A stretch of 64,000 bases of DNA from Tissierellales bacterium (lineage in GTDB: Bacteria; Bacillota; Clostridia; Tissierellales; Tissierellaceae), in NCBI GenBank assembly GCA_030146915.1, contig JASLAT010000023.1, positions 39,183-103,182 of the forward strand. Direction: 5' to 3'. The notes below the pieces were generated by a model. That model did no database searches and had not been told where the DNA came from. It saw nothing but the letters and a program-made list of their open reading frames with translations. The translations under genes and the position numbers were made by a program. Positions 29,037 to 40,026 of the stretch are shown piece after piece (within the stretch, counting starts at the first letter, position 1; the number at the start of each line of letters is the position of its first letter).

Positions 29037-30141
29037 GACTAAAAGTAGGCTTGTAACTACACTATTATCAATAATAGCAGGTTTCTTGGTGGGAGCTATA
29101 GCTTTAAAAATAGCTGGATTTAGTCCTATAGAAGCTTATAAGATAATATTTCAAGGAGTTTTTGGTAATCCTAGGTATATATCACATACTATAATCAGGT
29201 CAACTCCTATAATAATAACAGGTATATCTGTAGCATTTGCATTTAATACAGGACTTTTTAATATAGGTGCAGAAGGACAATTTATAATTGGAGCTTTATT
29301 TGCTACTATAGCTGGATATTTATTAAAGCTACCTCCTGTAATTCATGGGATTGTTGCTATATTAATAGGGGCCTTAGCTGGAGGTTTATGGGCAGGTATT
29401 GTAGGTTTTTTAAAGGCTAAAAGAGGAGTAAATGAAGTTATATCATCTATAATGTTAAATTGGATAGCCTTGTATTTTAATAACTATTTATTAACCAAAC
29501 CATTTTTAAGAAGGCCAAATTCGGATTCATCTTATATGATTTTAGATACAGCGAAGATAAATATTTTGGGTAAATGGAAACTTAGTGAATCAGGAAAGGC
29601 TTTTTTAGCTAATAACAATTTTTTAAGAGAATTCTTAAAGCCACCAGTAAACTATGGCTTTATATTAGCTGTAATTATAGCTATAGCAACTTGGTATATA
29701 CTAAAAAATACAAGCTTAGGATTTCAATTGAAATCTGTAGGTTTTAACAAAGATGCTGCTGAATATGCAGGGATAGATATAAAGAAAAATATAATTAGGT
29801 CTATGTTTATAGCAGGAGCTATAGCAGGACTTGCAGGAGCTACACAAGTTCTAGGAGTAACTAATCAGGTTAGTATTTTAATGTCACCTGAAGAATATGG
29901 ATTTGACGGAATGGCAGTTTCATTGATAGGAGGAAACTCTCCTTTAGGTGCAATTCCAGCTGGACTTTTATTTGGAGGATTAAAATATGGTGGAGGTAAG
30001 TTAAATTCACTTTTAAATGCACCTTCAGAAGTTATTAACATAGTTATTGGTGTTATAATATTATTTATAGCTATGCCAAATATATTTAAAACTTTAGAAG
30101 TTTTACTTCCAAAAAAAGATAGAGGTGATAAGCATGAATAA
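29029..30141 (+). CDS. ABC transporter permease (BMP system)
   Basis: Multi-TM permease with GFNIGAEGQ motif. The ATG at 29029 lies 8 nt after AGGAGG, and the gene overlaps the ATPase gene end. Confidence 0.85.
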   Translation: MNKTKSRLVTTLLSIIAGFLVGAIALKIAGFSPIEAYKIIFQGVFGNPRYISHTIIRSTPIIITGISVAFAFNTGLFNIGAEGQFIIGALFATIAGYLLKLPPVIHGIVAILIGALAGGLWAGIVGFLKAKRGVNEVISSIMLNWIALYFNNYLLTKPFLRRPNSDSSYMILDTAKINILGKWKLSESGKAFLANNNFLREFLKPPVNYGFILAVIIAIATWYILKNTSLGFQLKSVGFNKDAAEYAGIDIKKNIIRSMFIAGAIAGLAGATQVLGVTNQVSILMSPEEYGFDGMAVSLIGGNSPLGAIPAGLLFGGLKYGGGKLNSLLNAPSEVINIVIGVIILFIAMPNIFKTLEVLLPKKDRGDKHE

Positions 30142-31054
30142 ATTAGCTATATTAATAGGAATAACTTTAATGTATGCAGCACCTCTTATATATACAGCCT
30201 TAGGCGGTGTTGTTTCAGAGAATGCAGGAGTTGTAAATATAGGATTAGAAGGTATGATGACTTTTGGTGCTTTTATGGGCACAACAGTAGGTTTTTATAC
30301 TGGTAACCCTTGGTTAGGATTTTTAGCGGGTGGTCTGGCAGGAATGTTTTTAGCTCTATTACATGGAATAGCAACAATAAGTTTTGCAGCAGATCATATT
30401 ATATCGGGAATTGCTATGAATTTTATAGGACCTGGACTTTCAATTTTTTTAAGTAGACTTTATTTTAAGGGGGCAGCAATGACTGAACCTATACCTATAG
30501 ATAATAAGATTCCTAGAAGTTTGAATGGAATTCTACCAAAAAATAGTTTTTTATCAATAGCATTCAATCAATATGATACAGTCTATATCGCATTTATATT
30601 AGTTTTACTTGTATGGTTTTTATTATATAAAACTAAATTAGGTTTAAGAATAAGAGCAGTAGGGGAGCATCCTCGTGCAGCAGATACACTGGGTATAAAT
30701 GTATATTTAGTTAAATATATAGCTGTACTAATGTCTGGATTTTTAGCAGGCTTAGGAGGTGCGTCTATGAGTATTGCGGTTGTTGCAAACTTTAGACCAA
30801 GTTTAATATCAGGTCAAGGTTTTATAGCCTTAGCAGCAATGATTTTTGGTAAATGGACTCCTCAAGGCGCTATGTGGGCAGCTTTATTATTTGGAGCTGC
30901 ACAGGGATTAGGAGTACAATTAGGATCTAGTAATTTAGGTATCTCATCTAATATATTATCTATGGCTCCATACGTAATAACCTTGTTAGCACTAGTTCTT
31001 TTTGTTGGAGAAGGAACTGGTCCTAAAGCTAATGGGAAACCTTTTATAAAGTAG
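30134..31054 (+). CDS. ABC transporter permease (BMP system)
   Basis: Multi-TM permease with NIGLEGMM motif. The start overlaps the preceding stop. Confidence 0.85.
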   Translation: MNKLAILIGITLMYAAPLIYTALGGVVSENAGVVNIGLEGMMTFGAFMGTTVGFYTGNPWLGFLAGGLAGMFLALLHGIATISFAADHIISGIAMNFIGPGLSIFLSRLYFKGAAMTEPIPIDNKIPRSLNGILPKNSFLSIAFNQYDTVYIAFILVLLVWFLLYKTKLGLRIRAVGEHPRAADTLGINVYLVKYIAVLMSGFLAGLGGASMSIAVVANFRPSLISGQGFIALAAMIFGKWTPQGAMWAALLFGAAQGLGVQLGSSNLGISSNILSMAPYVITLLALVLFVGEGTGPKANGKPFIK

Positions 31055-31123
31055 GATTATTTGATTTTAAATTGTCAGTATTGATATAATTAAAGTAGGT
31101 TTAGCAATGAGGGGACGGATTTT

Positions 31124-32497
31124 ATGAAGTTAGGTTATAATTTAAACTTAGAACAACAACAGAAACTTATAATGACTCCAGAATTAAGGCAAGCTATTGA
31201 GCTTTTACAACTTAATACAGTGGAGTTAGGAGAGTATATTACAAAAGAATTAGAAGAAAACCCAATGCTAGAACCAGAAGATGACAGAAAAAAAGAAGAA
31301 GAAAGTCTTGATGATAAGGCTTTAGAAGAAGTGGATTGGGAAGAATATTTTGATAATGCTAGTAGTTATGAATATAGAACTGAAAGTGATAAAAATCAAG
31401 AACAAGTAAATTTTGAGTCCTTTATAAGACAGAAGCCAAACATGCATGAGGATCTAATTAGTCAACTTAATATATGTCAATCATCAGAGGAAGATTGTAA
31501 TATAGGTAGAATATTAATACAGAGTCTTGATAAGGATGGATATTTAACAATAGATATTGAAACTTTAGCAAATGATTTACAAGTACCAGTTGATAGGATT
31601 GAAAAAATATTAAAAATCATTCAAAAACTTGAGCCTATAGGATTAGGAGCAAGAAATTTAGAAGAATGCCTACTTATTCAAGTAGAAGAGGACACAAAGG
31701 CAGCAGAGTATATAAAAGATATTATAAGATTACATTTAAAGGATATAGCATACAATAGGATAGATAAGATTTCGAAGAACTTAGGAATTACTAAAAAAGA
31801 AGTTTTAGAAGCTATAGAATATATAAGAAAGTTAGAACCTAAGCCTGGAAGGCAGTTAGACCAGCAAGAAACTGTTAAATATATTACAGCAGATGCAGAG
31901 ATTAAATTGGTAGATGGAGAATTTAAAGTAATATTAAATGAAGACTCTGGACCAAGACTTAATATAAATAATTATTATAAATCTATGATGAAAACCAATA
32001 AAGATGACGGCACTAAAAACTATCTATATAATAGATTTAATAGAGCTATGTGGGTTATACAATCTATAGAGCAAAGAAAAAATACGATTAAAAAGGTGTT
32101 AGAATCCATCGTTAAATTTCAAAAAGACTTTTTACTTGAAGGAGAAAAATATTTAAAACCTTTAACTATGAAAGAAGTAGCTGAAGATATAGATATGCAT
32201 GAATCAACAGTATCAAGAGTAACTACAGGAAAGTATGTTCAAACTCCTCAAGGTTTATTTGAGTTTAAGTATTTCTTTACAACAGGTTTATTAGGAATTG
32301 ATGGAGATGTTTCTTCTACTAGCATAAAATCTAGTATTAAGGATATAATAGATAATGAGGACTCTAAAAAACCATTTAGTGATCAGAAAATATCTGATAT
32401 ACTTAAGGAAAAAGGAGTAAAGGTATCAAGAAGAACAGTAGCCAAATATAGAAATGAACTAGGCATATTATCTTCTTCTATGAGAAGAGGATTATAA
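31124..32497 (+). CDS. rpoN: RNA polymerase sigma-54 factor
   Basis: Region I LxQQQKLIMTPELRQAIELLQL, an acidic region II, HTH MHESTVSRV and RpoN box RRTVAKYR. Confidence 0.95.
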   Translation: MKLGYNLNLEQQQKLIMTPELRQAIELLQLNTVELGEYITKELEENPMLEPEDDRKKEEESLDDKALEEVDWEEYFDNASSYEYRTESDKNQEQVNFESFIRQKPNMHEDLISQLNICQSSEEDCNIGRILIQSLDKDGYLTIDIETLANDLQVPVDRIEKILKIIQKLEPIGLGARNLEECLLIQVEEDTKAAEYIKDIIRLHLKDIAYNRIDKISKNLGITKKEVLEAIEYIRKLEPKPGRQLDQQETVKYITADAEIKLVDGEFKVILNEDSGPRLNINNYYKSMMKTNKDDGTKNYLYNRFNRAMWVIQSIEQRKNTIKKVLESIVKFQKDFLLEGEKYLKPLTMKEVAEDIDMHESTVSRVTTGKYVQTPQGLFEFKYFFTTGLLGIDGDVSSTSIKSSIKDIIDNEDSKKPFSDQKISDILKEKGVKVSRRTVAKYRNELGILSSSMRRGL

Positions 32498-32529
32498 TAT
32501 ATATTTACAACTTTAAAGGAGGATTTTTT

Positions 32530-33537
32530 ATGTCAATGAAAGTAGGTTTAAATGGGTTTGGTAGAATAGGTAGAGACGTTATGAGGATTCTTACAGAGAA
32601 TGATCATGATAATATAGAGATAGTAGCTTTAAATGCTTCTGGTGATTTAGATACACTAGCACATATGTTTAAACATGATACATTATATGGAAGATTTAAT
32701 GGCGAAATTGAAGTATTAGAAGATGGTTTTATTTTTAATGGTAAAAAGATTAAAATAACTCAAGAAAGAGATCCAGAATTAATACCTTGGAAAGAAATGG
32801 GAGTAGATCTTGTTATAGACTCTACAGGTGCTTTCAGAGATAGAGAAGGATTAAGTAAACATATAAAAGCAGGAGCAAAAAAAGTAATTGTAACAGCACC
32901 TGCTACTGATGAAGATGTAACTATTGTTATGGGAGTTAATGAAGAAGACTATGATGCTGATAAGCATAATATAATTTCAAATGCATCATGTACAACTAAC
33001 TGTTTAGCTCCAGTTGCTAAGGTAATTTCTGAAGAGTTTGGAGTTAAAAAAGGATTAATGACTACAATTCACTCTTACACAGGAGATCAAAAGTTATTAG
33101 ATAATAGACATAAAGATCTAAGAAGAGCTAGAGCAGCAGCAGAAAACGTAGTTCCAACTACAACAGGAGCAGCAAAAGCGGTATCATTAGTTTTACCAGA
33201 ATTAAAAGGTAAATTAAATGGTTTTGCTATAAGAGTTCCAGTACCAACTGTTTCTATAGTTGATGTTGTATTTGAAGTAGAAAAAGAAACTACAGTAGAA
33301 GAAGTAAATGCAGCTCTTAAAAAAGCTTCTGAAGGTAGTATGAAAGGTATATTAGGATATGCTGAAGAAGAGTTAGTATCTTCAGACTATGTTGGCGATA
33401 AACATTCATCCATAGTAGATCCATTCTTAACTATGGTTATAGATGATATGGTAAAAGTAGTATCCTGGTATGATAATGAATGGGGATACTCAGAAAGAGT
33501 TGTAGATTTAGCAAATTATGTAGCAAGTAAAGAATAA
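32530..33537 (+). CDS. gap: Type I glyceraldehyde-3-phosphate dehydrogenase
   Basis: NGFGRIGR, active site SNASCTTNCLAP, and WYDNEWGYS. Confidence 0.95.
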   Translation: MSMKVGLNGFGRIGRDVMRILTENDHDNIEIVALNASGDLDTLAHMFKHDTLYGRFNGEIEVLEDGFIFNGKKIKITQERDPELIPWKEMGVDLVIDSTGAFRDREGLSKHIKAGAKKVIVTAPATDEDVTIVMGVNEEDYDADKHNIISNASCTTNCLAPVAKVISEEFGVKKGLMTTIHSYTGDQKLLDNRHKDLRRARAAAENVVPTTTGAAKAVSLVLPELKGKLNGFAIRVPVPTVSIVDVVFEVEKETTVEEVNAALKKASEGSMKGILGYAEEELVSSDYVGDKHSSIVDPFLTMVIDDMVKVVSWYDNEWGYSERVVDLANYVASKE

Positions 33538-33547
33538 AAAACTTCAC

Positions 33548-33574
33548 TTTAGTCGGGCCATTGGCCCGACTAAA
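33548..33574 (+). other. GC-rich perfect hairpin between gap and pgk (no U-tract)
   Basis: tttagtcgggcc-att-ggcccgactaaa forms a 12-bp stem. On the + strand it is followed by aaacaat. Confidence 0.7.
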
Positions 33575-33600
33575 AAACAATAAAGGCAGGGTGAATAGCT

Positions 33601-34791
33601 TTGGATAAAAAAACAATAAAAGATTTTGACTATAAAGATAAAAAAGTATTAGTTAGGTGTGATTTTAATGTTCCTATGGATGACAGTGGAAATATAACTG
33701 ATGATAATAGGATCAAGGCTTCATTACAATCTATAAATTATTTGCTAGACAATGGTGCAAGTCTAATACTTATGTCTCACTTAGGTAGACCTAAAGGTGA
33801 GCCTAAGAAGGAGTTTTCGCTTGAGGCTGTGTCTAAGAGGTTATCTCAGCTATTAAATAAAGAAGTAAAATTTTTGGATGATGATTTTGTTGTTAGTGAT
33901 AAAGTTAAAGAGAATGTTAAAAATCTAAAGTCAGGTGATATTGTATTACTACAAAATACAAGGTATAGAAAAGAAGAAGAAGCAAATGAGGAAAACTTTG
34001 CTAAAGAATTAGCAAGCCTAGCTGATATTTTTATAAATGATGCTTTTGGAACTTCTCATAGAGCTCATGCTTCTAATGTTGGAGTGTCTAAATATCTACC
34101 ATCAGCTTTAGGATTTTTAGTGGAAAAAGAGTTGGAAGTTATTGGTAAGGCCTTAGATAGTCCACAGCGACCTTTCCTAGCTATATTAGGAGGGGCAAAA
34201 GTATCTGATAAAATAGGAGTTATAGATAATCTTCTCAATACAGTAGATAGTATTATAATTGGTGGAGGGATGGCTTATACTTTCCTTAAAGCTAAAGGAT
34301 ATGAAATAGGTCAATCTTTATTGGAAGAGGACAAAATAGAATTAGCAAAATCTTTAATGGATAAGGCTGAAGAAAAATCAGTTAAACTTTTATTACCACT
34401 AGATATAGTTGTAGCAAAAGAATTTAAAAATGATACAGACTATAAAACTGTTAATATAGATCAAATACCAAAAGACATGATGGGCCTTGATATAGGTGAG
34501 AAAACAAGAGAGTTATTTGCTGAGGAAATTAAAAATTCTAAAACTATTATTTGGAATGGACCTGTAGGAGTATTTGAAATGGAAAATTTTGCCCAGGGTA
34601 CAGATTTGATTGCTAAAGCAATGGCTAATTCTGATGCTATAACCATAGTTGGTGGTGGAGATTCAGCTTCAGCAGTAGAAAAATCAGGATACAAAGATAA
34701 AATGACACATATATCAACTGGTGGTGGTGCTTCTTTGGAGTTAATGGAAGGCAAAACTTTACCGGGAATAGCAGCAGTTTCAGATAAATAA
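33601..34791 (+). CDS. pgk: Phosphoglycerate kinase
   Basis: TTG start. [15 protein letters not shown] and GGGDSA motifs. Confidence 0.95.
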   Translation: MDKKTIKDFDYKDKKVLVRCDFNVPMDDSGNITDDNRIKASLQSINYLLDNGASLILMSHLGRPKGEPKKEFSLEAVSKRLSQLLNKEVKFLDDDFVVSDKVKENVKNLKSGDIVLLQNTRYRKEEEANEENFAKELASLADIFINDAFGTSHRAHASNVGVSKYLPSALGFLVEKELEVIGKALDSPQRPFLAILGGAKVSDKIGVIDNLLNTVDSIIIGGGMAYTFLKAKGYEIGQSLLEEDKIELAKSLMDKAEEKSVKLLLPLDIVVAKEFKNDTDYKTVNIDQIPKDMMGLDIGEKTRELFAEEIKNSKTIIWNGPVGVFEMENFAQGTDLIAKAMANSDAITIVGGGDSASAVEKSGYKDKMTHISTGGGASLELMEGKTLPGIAAVSDK

Positions 34792-34803
34792 GGAGGATTT
34801 TAA

Positions 34804-35544
34804 GTGAGAAAACCAATAATAGCAGGAAATTGGAAGATGAATAATACTATTGAAGAAGGTAAAAATTTATTAGAATCTATAAAAGCTAAAGAATTAGCAG
34901 AAGATGTAGAAACTTTAGTTTGTGTTCCTTTTACATTTTTAGCAGAAGCTAAAAGAATATTAGATGGAAGTGAAGTTAAATTAGGAGCTCAAAATATGCA
35001 TTATGCAGATTCAGGTGCTTACACAGGAGAAATATCACCTTTAATGTTAAAGGAGCTTAATGTTGAATATGTTTTAATAGGACATTCTGAGAGAAGACAG
35101 TATTTTCAAGAAGATAATAAACTTATAAATAAAAAGATTAAATCTGCTTTAGCACATGGAATAAACCCTATCTTATGTGTGGGAGAGTCTTTAGAAGAGA
35201 GAGAAGCAGGTAGAGAAGTTGAAGTTGTAAATAAACAAGTAGATGAAGCCTTAGAAGGCATTGATGATATTGAAAATATAGTTATTGCATATGAGCCAGT
35301 ATGGGCAATAGGAACAGGTAAAACTGCTTCTGCAGATGATGCAAATAATATGTTAAGATCTATTAGAGAAAATCTAGAAAAAACATATAATTCTGAGGTT
35401 AGTCAAAAAATAAGATTACAATATGGTGGAAGTGTAAAACCTAATACAATAAAAGAACTTATGGATAAAGAAGAAGTTGATGGAGCTTTAGTAGGTGGAG
35501 CTAGTTTAAATGCTGATGACTTTTCTAAACTAGTAAATTACTAA
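34804..35544 (+). CDS. tpiA: Triose-phosphate isomerase
   Basis: GTG start after AAGGAGG. AGNWKMN, IGHSERR, AYEPVWAIGTG and GGASL motifs. Confidence 0.95.
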   Translation: MRKPIIAGNWKMNNTIEEGKNLLESIKAKELAEDVETLVCVPFTFLAEAKRILDGSEVKLGAQNMHYADSGAYTGEISPLMLKELNVEYVLIGHSERRQYFQEDNKLINKKIKSALAHGINPILCVGESLEEREAGREVEVVNKQVDEALEGIDDIENIVIAYEPVWAIGTGKTASADDANNMLRSIRENLEKTYNSEVSQKIRLQYGGSVKPNTIKELMDKEEVDGALVGGASLNADDFSKLVNY

Positions 35545-35555
35545 TGGAGGATAAT

Positions 35556-37088
35556 ATGATTAAGAAGCCTTTAATGCTTATAATATTAGATGGGTTAGGG
35601 ATAGGAAGAGACTATGATGGTAATGCAGTTTTAAAATCTAATACTCCAATCTTGAATAAGATAAAAAAAGAAAATCCTTATACAGAAATAGAAGCTAGTG
35701 GTGAGTTTGTAGGACTTCCACATGGTCAGATGGGTAATTCTGAGGTAGGTCATTTAAATATAGGAGCAGGTAGGATAGTTTATCAAGAACTTACTAATAT
35801 AAGTAGGTCTATAGCTTTAGGAGAATTTTTTAAAAAGAAAGAGCTACTAGATGCTATAGAGAATGCTAAAAAAAATAATAGTAAAATACATCTTATGGGT
35901 TTGCTATCTAAAGGTGGAGTTCATAGCCATATGGATCATTTATATGGACTTTTAGAATTAATGAAAAAAGAAAACTTTGACAATGTTTATATACATGCTA
36001 TTTTAGATGGTCGTGATGTTTCACCAACAGTAGGCATTGAAGATGTAAGAGAACTAGAAAATAAAATGAAAGAACTTGGTGTTGGAGAGTTAGCAAGCAT
36101 TACAGGAAGATATTATGCTATGGATAGAGATAAAAGATGGGACAGAACTGAAATGGCTTACGATGCTTTTACACTAGGGCTAGGTGAAAAGACTGAAAAC
36201 CCTGTATTAGCTATTGAAAAATATTACTCAGAAAATATTACAGATGAATTTTTATTACCTACTGTAATAACTAAAGATGATCAACCAAGAGCATTAGTCG
36301 AGGATGGAGACTCGGTTATATTCTTTAATTTTAGGCCAGACAGGGCAAGACAAATAACTAGAGCATTTGTAGATACTGACTTTAAGGGTTTTAATAGAAG
36401 GAAAAAAGTAAAAGTTTTTTATGTAACAATGACTCAATATGATGAAACTATTGATAATGTAAATATCGTATTTAAACCAAGTAATGTAAATAATACTCTG
36501 GGTGAACTTGTAAGTAAGGAAGGATTAACTCAGTTAAGAGCAGCAGAAACTGAAAAGTATGCTCATGTGACCTTCTTTTTAAATGGTGGAAGAGAGGAAG
36601 AGTTTAAAAATGAAGATCGACTTTTAATAAATTCTCCTAAAGTTGCAACATATGATTTACAACCAGAGATGAGCGCTTTTAAATTAAAGGATGAAATAAT
36701 ATCTAGATTAGAAGAAGATAAATATGATTTAATAATTCTTAACTTTGCAAACTGTGATATGGTAGGTCATAGTGGAAATATGGAGGCCTCTATAAAGGCT
36801 GTAGAAACAGTGGATACTTGTTTAGGTGAGATATTAGAAACTTTAGATAAGAAAAAAGGACGAGCTTTAATAACAGCTGATCATGGAAATGTTGAGAAAC
36901 TAATAGATTATGAGACTCAAAAGGTATTTACAGCACATACTACAAATAAGGTACCACTAATATATTACAATGGTAGTGGCGAGTTAGCTGAAAAGGGTAA
37001 ATTAGCAGATATAAGTCCGACTATATTAGACATATTGAATATAGAGAAACCAGAAGAAATGACTGGGAAAAGCTTAATAGTAAAATAA
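35556..37088 (+). CDS. gpmI: 2,3-bisphosphoglycerate-independent phosphoglycerate mutase
   Basis: ILDGLG, MGNSEVGHLNIGAGR and ADHGN motifs. The ATG at 35556 follows SD GGAGGA; the track ATG at 35544 overlaps the tpiA stop. Confidence 0.95.
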   Translation: MIKKPLMLIILDGLGIGRDYDGNAVLKSNTPILNKIKKENPYTEIEASGEFVGLPHGQMGNSEVGHLNIGAGRIVYQELTNISRSIALGEFFKKKELLDAIENAKKNNSKIHLMGLLSKGGVHSHMDHLYGLLELMKKENFDNVYIHAILDGRDVSPTVGIEDVRELENKMKELGVGELASITGRYYAMDRDKRWDRTEMAYDAFTLGLGEKTENPVLAIEKYYSENITDEFLLPTVITKDDQPRALVEDGDSVIFFNFRPDRARQITRAFVDTDFKGFNRRKKVKVFYVTMTQYDETIDNVNIVFKPSNVNNTLGELVSKEGLTQLRAAETEKYAHVTFFLNGGREEEFKNEDRLLINSPKVATYDLQPEMSAFKLKDEIISRLEEDKYDLIILNFANCDMVGHSGNMEASIKAVETVDTCLGEILETLDKKKGRALITADHGNVEKLIDYETQKVFTAHTTNKVPLIYYNGSGELAEKGKLADISPTILDILNIEKPEEMTGKSLIVK

Positions 37089-37093
37089 ATTAG

Positions 37094-38395
<1,302 letters not shown>

Positions 38396-38407
38396 AATTT
38401 AAATAAA

Positions 38408-38435
38408 AAAGCTAGATACATATGTATCTAGCTTT
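38408..38435. terminator. Bidirectional terminator between eno and the convergent YjiH-family gene
   Basis: Palindrome aaagctagataca/tgtatctagcttt with an A-run upstream, which gives a T-run on the - strand. Confidence 0.85.
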
Positions 38436-38453
38436 ACTCTTGTCCTGAAAAAT

Positions 38454-39818
38454 TTAAAATAAGAACTTTGCAACTAATATTATAAATGGTAGAACAATAA
38501 TAGTTCTCTCTATAAAAATTATGAATAAATCCAATGGTGTAACTGGTATATCAGTTCCTAGTATAACAGCACCAGCTTCAGATAAATAAACTAATTGAGA
38601 TACTGATAATGTAGCTATAACGAATCTAGTCATATCGCTAGGTATACTAGCAGCTAAAACAGATGGTAAGAACATATCAGCAAATCCAATCATAATAGTT
38701 TCAGAAGCTTCTACAGCATATGGTAAATTAAAAGCTTTTAAAATTGGTAGGAAAGGTTTTCCTAGCAATTGGAATACACCTGTATATTCAGCGATTATTA
38801 CAGAAATTGTACCCATTGCCATTATAACTGGTAATACCGCTAACCACATATCAAATGCTGTTTCAAATCCATTTCTTATCATCATTCCTAATCCACCACT
38901 ATTTTCTGCTTTTTCAACAGCTAAGTGTAATGCCCACTCCGTAGTAGTATAATTATCTGGTATAGTTTCTCCAACATCCATGCTTTCACCAGTATAGTAT
39001 GTATCTGGCTTTCTAGATAGTGGAGGAATTCTTGGCATTATAATTGCCGCTATAACTCCAACTAGCAAGATTGTTAAATAATATTGGCCAAACATATGTG
39101 CAAGATCAACTTGTTGTAATACAACTAGACAGAATGTAATAGATACTGCTGAGAAAGTTGTTGAAATAACAGCTGCTTCTCTACCAGTATAATATCCATC
39201 TAGATATTGTTGGTTAGTTAAGGCAACCCCTATAGTCCCGTCCCCAACCCATGATGTAACACAGTTAACAGAAGATCTTCCTGGTAGTTTAAAAATTGGT
39301 CTCATTACAGGAGTTAATAGTACCCCAACGAACTCTAAAAGACCAAAGTCTGTTAATAATGGTAATAAAAGTCCAGCAAAGAAGAAAATTGTAAAAAGGC
39401 CTGAAAGTAGGTCGAATAAAATCAAACTACCTGTATTTTCTGACCAAATCATTTCTGGACCTAAGTGAAATAAGGTCATAACTCCTAAAATTAACCCTAT
39501 TAACCTAATTATAACCCATGGTAGCGTTGTATCCGCTATACCTCTTATAAAATCATTGTTTTCAATAAAATCAGGCTTAAATAATTTATAACTTATTGTA
39601 AGTATAGATGTTATAAGCATAAAGAAAACAATAATATAAGGTAATGAATTTTCAAGTAAGCTTGTTGTTAACTCTGCTAATAAAGCTACAACAATTGTTG
39701 TTTCTCCTTGGTAATTAAAAGGAATCATAAGCAATATAACTCCTAAAATAGAAGGAAGTATAAATTTCATATAATCCTTCATTGTACGTTCTTTTTTAAC
39801 ACTTGTGAACTCTGACAT
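38454..39818 (-). CDS. YjiH-family / nucleoside-recognition (Gate) domain membrane protein, copy A
   Basis: About 12 TM segments. The N-terminus (KDYMKFILPSILGVILLMIPF) and C-terminal SQLVYLSEAGAVILG match the YjiH family as I recall it. Confidence 0.7.
   Translation of the reverse strand: MSEFTSVKKERTMKDYMKFILPSILGVILLMIPFNYQGETTIVVALLAELTTSLLENSLPYIIVFFMLITSILTISYKLFKPDFIENNDFIRGIADTTLPWVIIRLIGLILGVMTLFHLGPEMIWSENTGSLILFDLLSGLFTIFFFAGLLLPLLTDFGLLEFVGVLLTPVMRPIFKLPGRSSVNCVTSWVGDGTIGVALTNQQYLDGYYTGREAAVISTTFSAVSITFCLVVLQQVDLAHMFGQYYLTILLVGVIAAIIMPRIPPLSRKPDTYYTGESMDVGETIPDNYTTTEWALHLAVEKAENSGGLGMMIRNGFETAFDMWLAVLPVIMAMGTISVIIAEYTGVFQLLGKPFLPILKAFNLPYAVEASETIMIGFADMFLPSVLAASIPSDMTRFVIATLSVSQLVYLSEAGAVILGTDIPVTPLDLFIIFIERTIIVLPFIILVAKFLF
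38989..39044 (-). repeat. 56-nt tract identical to 40561-40616 (inside YjiH copy A)
   Basis: ccagtatagtatgtatctggctttctagatagtggaggaattcttggcattataat occurs exactly in both paralogues. It encodes IIMPRIPPLSRKPDTYYTG. Confidence 0.95.
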
Positions 39819-39923
39819 AAACTATCCCCCTTGAAATTTGTATAGTAGTCAAAGATATATTAATTTTTCAAAGAACAGGACAAGAGTAGTCCTCAACTAC
39901 TAAAGTAATATCCCCCCATAATC

Positions 39924-39951
39924 ATTATATATGAATATTCTGAAAATGCAA
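39924..39951 (-). promoter_or_regulatory. Candidate sigma-A promoter for YjiH copy A
   Basis: On the - strand: TTGCAT (39951-39946), a 16-nt spacer, then TATAAT (39929-39924). It lies about 105 nt upstream of the ATG. Confidence 0.55.
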
Positions 39952-39993
39952 ACAATAATAGTAAAATTAGTAAAAATAGCAAATAATGTCCAT

Positions 39994-40026
39994 AAAAAAA
40001 CCAGGTATTAAAGAATAACCTGGTTT
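39994..40026 (-). terminator. Intrinsic terminator of YjiH copy B (overlaps its last codons)
   Basis: On the - strand: aaaccaggt-loop-acctggttt followed by tttttt. The stop codon (40008-40010) lies in the loop. Confidence 0.85.

Noticed and set aside
39978-39992. Sigma-54-like -24/-12 element on the - strand (TGGACATTATTTGCT) upstream of YjiH copy A. It is tempting because rpoN is nearby.
   Set aside because: The GG-to-GC spacing is one nucleotide short of the canonical TGGCAC-N5-TTGC geometry, and the -24 element is TGGACA rather than TGGCAC. No enhancer-binding protein gene or upstream activator repeats are visible, and a good sigma-A promoter lies just downstream.
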